Shown here: positions 41,002 through 52,988 of the stretch, one piece after another
How positions within the stretch are numbered: the stretch's first letter is position 1
How the letters are laid out: the number at the start of each line of letters is the position of its first letter
NCBI RefSeq assembly: GCF_006345805.1
Contig: NC_043009.1
Span: forward strand, 48,050,001-48,114,000
From: Octopus sinensis
Taxonomy: Eukaryota
Direction: 5' to 3'
DNA: 64,000 nucleotides
Notes under the pieces: model-generated
What the model saw: only the letters and a program-made list of their open reading frames with translations
Told to the model about the DNA's origin: nothing
Database searches by the model: none
Made by a program: the position numbers and the translations under genes

Positions 41002-44000
41002 TGCTTTTTATGTGGCACCATCAGCAGTGCTTTTTATGTGGTACCATCACCACTGCTTTTTATGTGGTACCATAACCATTGCTTTTTATGTGGTACCATC
41101 ACCAGTGCTTTTTGTGGTACCATCACTATTGCTTTTTATGTGGTACCATAACCATTGCTTTTTATGTGGTACCATCACCAGTGCTTTTTATGTGGTACCA
41201 TCACCAGTGCTTTTTATGTGGTACCATCACGAGTGCTTTTTATGTGGTACCATAACCATTGCTTTTTATGTGGTACCATCACCAGTGCTTTTTATGTTGG
41301 TACCATCAGCAGTGCTTTTTATGTGGTACCATAACCATTGCTTTATATGTGGTACCATCACCAGTGCTTTTTATGTGGTACCATCACAGTGCTTTTTATG
41401 TGTACCATCACCAGTGCTTTTCTGTGGTACCATCACCAGTGCTTTTTGTGGTACCATCACTATTGCTTTTTATGTGGTACCATAACCATTGCTTTTTATG
41501 TGGTACCATCACCAGTGCTTTTTATGTGGTACCATCACCAGTGCTTTTTGTGGTACCATAACTATTGCTTTTTATGTGGCACCATCACCAGTGCTTTTTG
41601 TGGTACCATCACTGTTGCTTTTTATGTGGTACCATCACCATTGCTTTATATGTGGTACCATCACCATTGCTTTTTATGTGGCACCATCAGCAGTGCTTTT
41701 TATGTGGCACCATCACCATTGCTTTTTATGTGGTACCATAACCATTGCTTTTTATGTGGCACCATCAGCAGTGCTTTTTATGTGGCACCATCACCATTGC
41801 TTTTTATGTGGCACCATCAGCAGTGCTTTTTATGTGGCACCATCAGCAGTGCTTTTTATGTGGCACCATCACCAGTGCTTTTTATGTGGTACCATCACCA
41901 GTGCTTTTATGTGGCACCATCACCAGTGCTTTTTATGTGGCAACCATCAGCAGTGCTTTTTATGTGCACCATCAGCAGTGCTTTTTATGTGGTACCATCA
42001 CCAGTGCTTTTATGTGGCACCATCAGCAGTGCTTTTATGTGGTACCATCACCAGTGCTTTTATGTGGCACCATCACCAGTGCTTTTATGTGGCACCATCA
42101 CCAGTGCTTTTCTGTGGTACCATCACCGTGCTTTTTATGTGGTACATCACCAGTGCTTTTTATGTGGCACCATCACCAGTGCTTTTATGTGGTACCATCA
42201 CCAGTGCTTTTTATGTGCACCATCAGCAGTGCTTTTTATGTGGTACCATCACCAGTGCTTTTATGTGGCACCATCAGCAGTGCTTTTATGTGGTACCATC
42301 CCAGTGCTTTTTATGTGGCACCATCAGCAGTGCTTTTTATGTGGTACCATCACCAGTGCTTTTTATGTGGCACCATCACCAGTGCTTTTTGTGGTACCAT
42401 CACCAGTGTTTTCCGTTGGTACCATCACCAGTGCTTTTTATGTGGTACCATCACCAGTGCTTTTTATGTGCACCATCACCAGTGCTTTTTATTGTGGCAC
42501 CATCACAGTGCTTTTTATGTGGCACCATCAGCAGTGCTTTTTTATGTTGGTACCATCACCAGTGCTTTTTATGTGGCACCATCACCAGTGCTTTTCCTGT
42601 GGTACCATCACCAGTGCTTTTCATGTGGTACCATCACCAGTGCTTTTTATTGTGGCACCATCAGCAGTGCTTTTATGTGGTACCATCACCAGTGCTTTTT
42701 ATGTGGCACCATCACCAGTGCTTTTATGTGGTACCATCACCAGTGCTTTTTATGTGGTACCATCACCAGTGCTTTTATGTGGTACCATCCACCAGTGCTT
42801 TTTATTGTGGCACCATCACCAGTGCTTTTTATGTGGCACCATCACCAGTGCTTTTTGTGGTACCATCACAGTGCTTTTTATGTGGCACCATCAGCAGTGC
42901 TTTTTATGTGGTACCATCACCAGTGCTTTTTATGTGGCACCATCACCAGTGCTTTTCCTGTGGTACCATCACCAGTGCTTTTCATGTGGTACCATCACCA
43001 GTGCTTTTTATGTGGCACCATCAGCAGTGCTTTTTATGTGGTACCATCACCAGTGCTTTTTATGTGGCACCATCACCAGTGCTTTTCCCGTGGTACCATC
43101 ACCAGTGCTTTTCATGTGGTACCATCACCAGTGCTTTTTATGTGGCACCATCAGCAGTGCTTTTTATGTGGCACCATCACCAGTGCTTTTCCTGTGGTAC
43201 CATCACCAGTGCTTTTCATGTGGTACCATCACCAGTGCTTTTTATGTGGCACCATCACCAGTGCTTTTTATGTGGCACCATCACCAGTGCTTTTCCTGTG
43301 GTACCATCACCAGTGCTTTTCATGTGGTACCATCACCAGTGCTTTTTATGTGGCACCATCACCAGTGCTTTTTATGTGGCACCATCAGCAGTGCTTTTTA
43401 TGTGGTACCATCACCAGTGCTTTTTATGTGGCACCATCACCAGTGCTTTTCCTGTGGTACCATCACCAGTGCTTTTCATGTGGTACCATCACCAGTGCTT
43501 ATTATGTGGAACCATCACTAGTGCTTTTTATGTGGTACCATCAGCAGTGCTTTTTATGTGGTACCATCACCAGTGCTTTTCATGTGGTACCATCACCAGT
43601 GCTTTTCATGTGGTACCATCACCAGTGCTTTTTATGTGGCACCATCAGCAGTGCTTTTTATGTGGTACCATCACCAGTGCTTTTTATGTGGCACCATCAC
43701 CAGTGCTTTTCATGTGGTACCATCACCAGTGCTTTTCATGTGGTACCATCACCAGTGCTTATTATGTGGAACCATCACTAGTGCTTTTTATGTGGTACCA
43801 TCAGCAGTGCTTTTTATGTGGTACCATCACCAGTGCTTTTCCTGTGGTACCATCACCAGTGCTTTTCATGTGGTACCATCACCAGTGCTTATTATGTGGA
43901 ACCATCACTAGTGCTTTTTATGTGGTACCATCAGCAGTGCTTTTCCTGTGGTACCATCACCAGTGCTTTTCATGTGGTACCATCACCAGTGCTTTTTATG

Positions 44001-45074
44001 TGGCACCATCACCAGTGCTTTTTATGTGGTACCATAACCAGTGCTTTTCATGTGGCACCATCACCAGTGCTTATTATGTGGAACCATCACTAGTGCTTTT
44101 TATGTGGTACCATCAGCAGTGCTTTTCCTGTGGTACCATCACCAGTGCTTTTCATGTGGTACCATCACCAGTGCTTTTTATGTGGTACCATCACCAGTGC
44201 TTTTTATGTGGCACCATCACCAGTGCTTTTTATGTGGCACCATCACCAGTGCTTTTTATGTGGTACCATCACCAGTGCTTTTCCTGTGGTACCATCACCA
44301 GTGCTTTTCATGTGGTACCATCACCAGTGCTTTTTATGTGGTACCATCACCAGTGCTTATTATGTGGAACCATCACTAGTGCTTTTTATGTGGTACCATC
44401 ACCAGTGCTTTTTATGTGGTACCATCACCAGTGCTTTTTATGTGGTACCATAACCAGTGCTTTTCATGTGGTACCATCACCAGTGCTTTTTATGTGGCAC
44501 CATCACCAGTGCTTTTTATGTGGTACCATCACCAGTGCTTTTCATGTGGCACCATCAGCAGTGCTTTTTATGTGGCACCATCACCAGTGCTTTTTATGTG
44601 GCACCATCACCAGTGCTTTTCATGTGGCACCATCAGCAGTGCTTTTCATGTGGCACCATCACCAGTGCTTTTTATGTGGCACCATCACTAGTGCTTTTTA
44701 TGTGGCACCATCACCAGTGCTTTTTATGTGGTACCATAACCAGTGCTTTTCATGTGGCACCATCACCAGTGCTTATTATGTGGCACCATCACTAGTGCTT
44801 TTTATGTGGTACCATCACCAGTGCTTTTTATGTGGTACCATAACCAGTGCTTTTCATGTGGCACCATCACCAGTGCTTATTATGTGGCACCATCACTAGT
44901 GCTTTTTATGTGGTACCATCACCAGTGCTTTTTATGTGGTACCATCACCAGTGCTTTTCATGTGGCACCATCACTAGTGCTTTTCGTGTGGTACCATCAC
45001 CAGTGCTTTTTATGTGGTACCATCACCAGTGCTTTTTACATAGCACCAGCACCACTGCTTTTTACATGGTACCA
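41002..45074. repeat. 26-bp tandem satellite, ~155 units (TGCTTTTTATGTGGYACCATCACCAG)
   Basis: Direct reading. There are no unique spacers. It generates the spurious 678-1136 aa ORFs. Confidence 0.98.
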
Positions 45075-45229
45075 ACGCACACACACATAAATTTTTTTAA
45101 ATGTGTTGGAAGGTATGTCATTTGCCAAAAGATCTGAGATCAGTAGACGCAGTTTGCTTTTTTTACTGATGAAATAAGCCAATTTGCTTTGTAATAATTC
45201 ACGGTAGGAACAGCAGGGACATTAACAAG

Positions 45230-45591
45230 CAACACAATAATAACAATAACAATAACAACAACAATAACAATAACAATAACAACAACAACAACTGCAGTAG
45301 CATTGACAAGCAACATGTTAACAACAACAATAACAACAACAATAACAACAGCAGTAGCAACTGTAGGCAGTATAACAACAAAAAAAAATGTAACAACAAC
45401 GATGCTAACAGTCCCAATAACAGCAACAACAATAGGCAGTGTAGCAACAAAAGTAAGAATGACAGCAACAACAGCAACAATCACAACAGTTAGAAGCATC
45501 AAAAAGCAGCATAAGAACAACAACAACAACAAAAATAACAACAGCTGCAACAATAGCAGCATCAAGAAGCATAATCAACAACAACAATAAC

Positions 45592-45630
<39 letters not shown>
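45230..45630. repeat. (AAC)n/(AAT)n low-complexity tract
   Basis: Direct reading. Confidence 0.9.
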
Positions 45631-45631
<1 letters not shown>

Positions 45632-46538
45632 GCAGGAACACCATTATCACCAGCAACATCAGTACAGGCCAACAAAGGAAGTTTTCTAGGAAGTCGTTCA
45701 ACCTGCTAGAAATAGCAAGTAAATTGGCTGTAAAATTTGTAGACGAAGAAAGACATTTGATTTTGATTTTGACCTCAAAAATGTGACAGGGCATGTCCCT
45801 CCACCGATTCTGTCAAAACATTACTTCACACATGCAACAACAAAAAACAGGTAAAAATAAAACAAAAAAAGGAGTTTAGTGTAAATTTTGGAATCAAAGT
45901 GGGAAAGATTAAAGAAGGGAAAAGTCGGGTTTCAGGGTTTGGAATTGAAGAGATAAAAGTAGAAATACATTTTACCATTCAAATAGTGCTGATTTCAAAT
46001 CTGAATGAGGTCAATTTTACCTTCCATCTTTTTGGGGTTGATAAAAAAATATATATATATACATATATGACTCCAGAATAGTGGATTGTTGCAACTGTGA
46101 GAATGTCAACCTTAATGTATAGATTCTAGTTCCTTGCATTTTGAGTTCAAATCCCATCCAGGCCTACTTATAGGGTAAGCTTATTCTGTGACCTGGTGTA
46201 ACACCACTATCCTGGGTCCTGAGTGCTTTTTGTGGAGTCCACACTGTTGTAAGGATTCAGAACAGTCCTCTGGCTATTCTATAAACCCTGTAAGGAGTCA
46301 CACACACATGCATCTGAACATACATGCACACATACACACACACACACCCATGCACATACACACATGCATGCGCGCACACTCACAAACAAATGTTTGTATG
46401 TATGTTCATATATGTATGTGTATGTATATCTGTCTATCTATCTATCTATATATATATATAAATATATATTTGTATAAGTATGTATGTGTTTATGTATGTA
46501 TCTGTGTGTGTATGTATACATGTTTATATATATATATA

Positions 46539-46766
46539 AGGCGGCGAGCTGGCAGAATTGTTAGCACGCCGGGTGAAATGCTTTGTGGTATTTTGTCTGC
46601 TGTTGCGTTCTGAGTTCAAATTCCGCCGAGGTCGACTTTGCCTTTCATCCTTTCGGGGTCGATAAATTAAGTACCAGTTACACACTGGGGTCGTTGTAAT
46701 CGACTTAATTCGTTTGTCTGTCTTTGTTTGTCCCCTCTATGTTTAGCCCCTTGTGGGTAATAAGAA
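46539..46766 (+). mobile_element. Full-length Deu/Nin-like SINE
   Basis: AGGCGGCGAGCTGGCAGAA head ... GCCCCTTGTGGGTAATAAGAAA end. Confidence 0.85.
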
Positions 46767-46767
46767 A

Positions 46768-46831
<64 letters not shown>

Positions 46832-46999
46832 TAATAGTTATCGCCAAGCTAATATGGCAGTCCATAAATATAGGACGAAAGCTGCCGTTGATTAGCTCCA
46901 AGAGGCCATCACCTCTAGCTAGCTATATGGCACACGAACCTGTGTCCATTATAACCTTCGAACAGGAGAGGTCAGCCACTTCCCCTTGCTGGTCAGGCA

Positions 47000-47042
47000 T
47001 CTGCAGACATGTTTCAGGGTATTTGCCCTTTATCAATGCAGA
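47000..47042 (-). ncRNA. Intact minimal type-I hammerhead ribozyme motif with U3:A8 covariation
   Basis: Minus strand reads TCTGCA TTGATAA AGGG caaata CCCT GAAAC AT GTC TGCAGA: 6-bp helix I, 4-bp helix II, GUC triplet, and a palindromic ACAUGU at helix III. Confidence 0.8.
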
Positions 47043-47318
47043 GTAGCCGAACCCAGCAGGTGTCGCTACTGACTGTCTGTTCGAAGGATTATTTACCCAA
47101 ATTCAGAATTCACCAACTTAAACAAGGAGACCATCTAGAAGAGTTGCAGGAGATTCCAAAAGCATGGTTGATGCCAATGGTGATTCTATTGAATAAATTC
47201 GCTCTTTAGTATTTCAAGATATTTTTATGTAATTTTGGTAAATATACCTGTTAAAATGAAATGTCAGTTTTATTTTCATTTTTGCATGATTTAGACAACA
47301 GTCTATTCACTGCACCCT

Positions 47319-47416
<98 letters not shown>

Positions 47417-47779
47417 AATGTATGCATACTTCAGTTGTCATTAGGTACCAATCATCGAAACCCGAGGAGTGGTATTCAGATTGTACAAGTATTTATCACT
47501 ATAATCAGATGGCATTCAGATGTCCTTTTATGGTGACCTCATCTGTCATTCTACCTACTCTAAGTCCTATGGCAACATGTGCAGATGTAACCAGTTAGAA
47601 GCATATGGCAAGTTACAGATTTGGTCTGTCACCTATGCTTTAAACCATGCAGATCTGCAATGAGACTGAGTAGTCATCTAAGAGGGCATGGATAGAAAGT
47701 CTGAAATGTTGTTGACAACAAAGAAGCCCAAAGAGACATCAATCATCTGTATGTGCCTGTATATGTATGTATGTATGTA

Positions 47780-47822
<43 letters not shown>

Positions 47823-48512
47823 ATAATTCAGAGGTTTGTTACCACATTTACACCAATACATGTACAATCTTTTTCATTTTCTTTGTGATTCATTCATCAT
47901 TACTTTAGCACGAAGCCTATGTCGCCTTAATGAGGCCAAATAAGATCGAAATATGTCCTGAATTATCTCCCTTACATGCCAGAATAATTATGATATGCGT
48001 TGAATTAATATTATCCGTTTATCATCACATAAATATTTCCAATTACTGTATTTGCTGGTATATAAGGTATATAAGACACACTCTTGCAAAAGAGACTCCC
48101 TGATTTTACAAGTATATTTTGTGGAAAAAGCAAACTTTTATATGCTTTGTCATACGTGCATATATTTGGTAACCCATCTGTGATACGGTTGTATTAGATG
48201 CTTGGCAATTTTTGCTTAGATTTAAGAATATAAAATCTGCATTTTACATGCTGGCATATACAGGAGATATTTTAGACTTGTTACATTAAATACATAAATA
48301 GTATCTTAGTTATTTAATTACGTAGCTTATAGCTGTTTCTTTTTTTTCTCTTTTTTTTTTTCTTCTGTGAAGTGATGGCCTTTCCTGGTGATAACAGCAT
48401 TAACAATGTTAAATACAAGAAGTTTCAAGAGAGGAAATCTGTTATTGAAGAAGGAATATTAGAAACAAGGAATGTAACTGGAAGAGGAGATGACTCACAA
48501 ATGGATACTTAC

Positions 48513-48542
48513 AAAATCTGTTTCATCAACAAAATATGATGA
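48513..48542 (-). CDS. TMEM272-like gene, coding exon 2 (SSYFVDETDF)
   Basis: T-rich tract plus tttag acceptor, 30 nt, TTT|gtaagt donor, phase 0-0, in frame with exons 1 and 3. Confidence 0.6.
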
Positions 48543-49189
48543 CTAAATAGGTAAATAAACGCAAAATAAAAATGAAAACAAAATAAAAATAAACATTAAA
48601 AAAATAGAAATAAATAAATAGAATGAAATAATATAAAAAAAAGCAAAACAAAAGAAGACAATTTTTTTATCCTCCTTCTTTATCTTTTTTTTTGTTTCAG
48701 TTGTTGGACTGTGGCCATGCTGGGGCACCAACTTGAAAGGTTTTAGTTAAGTATTTATTCTGTTGGTCACTTTTGATGAACTGCTAAATTATGGGAATGT
48801 AAACAAACCAACACCAATTGTCAAGTGGTGGTGGTGAATAAACACACATCAGATACAAAAATGACATGGATTACGAAATATGAAAACGACATGAAATATG
48901 GAGGCAAACCTTGGTATGCGAACAAAGAGAGAAACAAATGGAAAACAAGACAAGTAACATCAAGAACGACCCTTCATCAGTTGTCAGCTGTTTATCTACT
49001 CCACATTTTGAGCAATTCACGACAATATGTGTCTATGAAAAACAGTTGCTCCCGCGAACCAAAATGTCATTGCTGGTAAAAGTTTTACAAGGCTGGAGTG
49101 AAAATCCTACATCAATCTCTTTTAGTTGCCATGACATGCAGATGAACCATTGGGTCTATTTTCTTGACATGCTGGTCCCTATACAGCAC

Positions 49190-49600
49190 AAGGCATAGGA
49201 GTGGCTGTGAGGTAAGTAGCTTGCTTATCAACCACATGGTTCCGGGTTCAGTCCCACTGTGTGGCACCTTGGGCAAGTGTCTTCTACTATAACCTCGGGC
49301 CGACCAAAGCCTTGTGAGTGGATTTGGTAGACGGAAACTGAAAGAAGCCCGTTGTATATATGTATATATATATATGTATGTGTGTGTGTATATGTTTGTG
49401 TGTCTGTGTTTGTCCCCCCAACATGGCTTGACAACTGATATTGGTGTGTTTACATCACTGTAACTTAGTGGTTCGGCAAAAGAGACTGACAGAATAAGTA
49501 CTAGGCATACAAAGAATAAGTCCTGGGGTCAATTTGCTCGAGTAAAGGCAGTGCTCCAGCATGGCCACAGTCAAATGACTGAAACAAGTAAAAGAGTAAA
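49190..49600 (+). mobile_element. Full-length CORE-like SINE with an internal (TA)/(TG) tract
   Basis: CCTTGGGCAAGTGTCTT CORE-like motif. Homologous to 52555-52988 (-), 57226-57650 (+) and 61840-62175 (-). Confidence 0.85.
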
Positions 49601-49611
49601 AACGTCTGTTG

Positions 49612-49793
49612 TATTTAAGTTAAGTTAATTTTTTTGGCTCAAAAAGCAAAAAGCAAGGCCATGTAGGGGGACATGGAGTTTTGTACAGGGAGGGTGTTCA
49701 TGCAAAGAGTTCAGGCCATTTCTGGTCAAGAAAGACTTTGAACCGAGCGGTCGTCGGCATCTTCACTATCTCGTCTGGCAGCTTATTCCACGT
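49612..49793 (-). mobile_element. CR1/L2-group LINE extreme 3' end
   Basis: Minus strand WNKLPDEIVKMPTTARFKVFLDQKWPELFA*, then a short UTR and a (TAACT)n tail. Confidence 0.75.
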
Positions 49794-50519
49794 CAGTTAT
49801 TAATGCTCTGCATTCAAATCTAATTCCAACCAACTTTGTCTTTTATCTTTCTAGGGACACTAAAATATAAAACCAGTCTTATACAAGGGTCAATTCAATA
49901 CTTCCACAATGCATCCTACATATTTATGGAACTATAAGATGAAGAAACATCTGTATCTCTTCATGGTTTATTGCATTCATCCATCAATCCATCCATCTGT
50001 CCGTCCATCCATTCATCCATCCATCCATTCACTGGTTCATCTATCTGTTAGTCCATCCATCCATCCATTGGTCCATGTCCTTTGGTTCATCCGTCCATTG
50101 GCCCACCTGTCTATTGGTCCATTGGTCCATCCATCAATCCATTCATTTTTGGTCCATCTGTCTATTGGTCCCTCCATCCCTTGGTCCATCCATCCATCCA
50201 CTGGTCCATATACAACCATTGATTGAGCCAACAAGAAACTCTCTATGTAGTCACTTGATTAGCTAGAAATTGCAGTTGAAACCATGATCATATCTTACCA
50301 ACTTAAATGAATAACATGTTAGACTGTGTGTGTAGACTCTGATATATGAAATAGTTGTGTTAGTTATGTCTGGAAGGACTTTGATTATATGTCTCTCTGA
50401 TCAGGTCTGACCTGGGGCTAAACAACAACAGCTATTAGTTTATATTTAACGAAGGATGTTGTTATTATATTGTGTGTTGCTGCAAAATGTTGGTGAAGTC
50501 AGCGAAGTGGAACAGTTTC

Positions 50520-50924
50520 TTATTTCTTTATTGCCCACAAGGGGCTAAACATAGAGGGAATAAACAAAGACAGATAAATGAATTAAGTTGATTACATCGA
50601 CTCCAGTGCGTAACTGGTACTTAATTTATCGACCCCGAAAAGATGAAAGGTAAAGTCGACCTTGGTGGAATTTGAACTCAGAACATAACATCAGTTGAAA
50701 TACCTATTTCTTTACTACCCACAAGGGGCTAAACACAGAGAGGACAAACAAGGACAGACAAACAGATTAAGTCGATTATAGCGACCCCAGTGCGTAACTG
50801 GTACTTATTTAATCGACCCTGAAAGGATGAAAGGCAAAGCCATTCTCGGCAGAACGTAGTGGGGGACAAAATACTGCTAAGCATTTCACCCGGTGTGCTA
50901 ACGTTTCTGCCAGCTCGACGCCTT
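50520..50924 (-). mobile_element. Dimeric Deu/Nin-like SINE within one 16-bp TSD
   Basis: GAAGTGGAACAGTTTC at ~50504 and ~50925 flanks a full unit plus a headless second unit. Confidence 0.75.
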
Positions 50925-51229
50925 GAAGTGGAACAGTTTCCTGTGGATGTTACTACAATCACTGGTTTCTAGGAATTTAATCTCTTGCTCCTGAGAAACA
51001 GAAACGAATAAAATGCTAAAAATGCCAACTCATACAGTATATAGTATTACAAATGTTGATGTCATTTTTATTACAGTAACTGGAGTGAATAACCTATTTC
51101 CATTGACCCATTTGCCATTAAAAAAGGAGATGAAGAGAAGTCACTCATCCATAGTGAGTACACAGAGTACACATACGTATGTACTCTAGTGGCAACCTCA
51201 TAACATCGACATATAAATCTTGGTTCTAC

Positions 51230-51620
51230 TGCTCACAATGCAAATGACCAGAAGATGACTACTTTCCTGCTTGAATCCCAAGCATGATCAACTGAGACTA
51301 CAGATATTATCCATCTGTCTCATTCTTGGTCTACATGTTGTTTTTTTTGCCACTTGACTCTGCTTGAAGAATCTGCCTTGACATATCCTTCCCTTGTGGC
51401 ATTCAAACCAATTGTCTGTAGTACCAGAGCTGTGACTTTTCAATATGGAGAAATAAGCATCTAGACTTGGATAGACTCCCTGGTCTCCGTGCTATGCCCC
51501 TTGTTGAGTGATGTTACCACAGAGATTCTTTGAAAGAAACTTATTTCAGCTACTTGTATTTTTTGTGGCTGTACAATTTCTAAGTAGGTACCATGGGTAG
51601 AAATACCTAACAACCAACAG
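51230..51620 (-). mobile_element. Old RTE (Rex3/Expander-like) 3' fragment
   Basis: KIQVAEISFFQRISVVT...RESIQV and IEKSQLWY resemble the RTE IQAAEMSFLRR...IERSQLRW segment. Confidence 0.6.
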
Positions 51621-52554
51621 TGACTCAAAGAGAGATTTCTTTCTGTTGCCATTTGTTGTTAAAACCTTTTCTGTCTTCCATTCTCTGACTATCTCTCTCA
51701 CCCTGAGAAATTGGGATAAAAGAGTGATACACCTGAAGAAGAAATTCTATGAGGTGGAGTGTCAGAGCAGCAAATCTCTCAGGCTAATGTATACATACTG
51801 TTGACAGGCTGGTTACTGCAGTACTTGTCCTGAGACAACATTTGCAATGTTAAAAACAAAAAATATCAGAAAAAGATGAAAATTCATTTCAGGTGTGGTC
51901 AGTAAGAGTATCAGATGCATTTTGGCTTCTGGGTCTTTTCAGTGGCACTGCATACTCTCAATTAGCTACAAGGTCAGATGAAAATTCATTATTTCCAATA
52001 TAGGAAAAAGGAGTCAAGTTGCTACCTTGTCACATCAGCCACAAACCTCAGATTGGTTGCTCATAACAACATAAGAACAGAAAATGACTAAGTAATAGTC
52101 ATTCATAACAGATTTATTTCCATGTTATTTGATGCCAAGTCCTCGGGAATTCTTTGTCCCCAGATTGTTTTTCCTTCTTGAAACTGGGACGAAAGTATTC
52201 CATCCATAGAAGAAATTCCATGAAGTAAAGTAACTGAACACTGTTTTTTTTTTGTTTTTTTTTGTGGCATTGCTTTTTCTATCCTATCTGGATGTGACTA
52301 ATTATAGTTATTCAAATTGCAAAAGGAAAGAAGCAAAAAGAAAGATGGTGATGTTATGGCTGAATATTTTTCAGATTTTAAACAAAACAGCAGTGTTGCC
52401 ATTTTGTGAGTGGACTAGTTTTTTTATTTTTATTTTTAGCCCAGTTTCTCTGTAGGAAAACTATTTACATATCTTGCACACAAATACACATTGTGTATAT
52501 GTAAATATAATACAAAACACCCACCCACATGCATACATACATATACTCTTATCT

Positions 52555-52759
52555 TTTTTACTTGTTTCAGTCATTTGACTGTGGCCATGCTGGAGCACCG
52601 CCTTTAGTTGAGCAAATCGACCCCAGGACTTATTCTTTGTAAGCCTAGTACTTATTCTATCGGTCTCTTTTGCTGAACCACTAAGTTACAGGGACGTAAA
52701 CTCACCAGCATCGGTTGTCAAGCGATGTTGTGGGGACAAATACAGACACACAAACATAT

Positions 52760-52818
<59 letters not shown>

Positions 52819-52988
52819 TATATATGACGGGCTTCTTTCAGTTTCCATGTACCAAATCCACTCACAAGGCTTTGGTCGGCCCGAGGCTATAGTAGAGGAC
52901 ACTTGCCCAAGGTACCACACAGTGGGACTGAACCCGGAACCATGTGGTTCATAAGCAAGCCACTTACCACACAGCCACTCCTACGCCT
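52555..52988 (-). mobile_element. Full-length CORE-like SINE
   Basis: Reverse complement of 57226-57650. Confidence 0.85.

Noticed and set aside
41338-44899. Very long ORFs (678-1136 aa)
   Set aside because: They are translations of a stop-free 26-bp satellite with a 26-aa period in all three frames. There is no evidence of coding function.
41002-45074. CRISPR-like array
   Set aside because: Units are contiguous with no unique spacers, there are no cas genes, and the context is eukaryotic.
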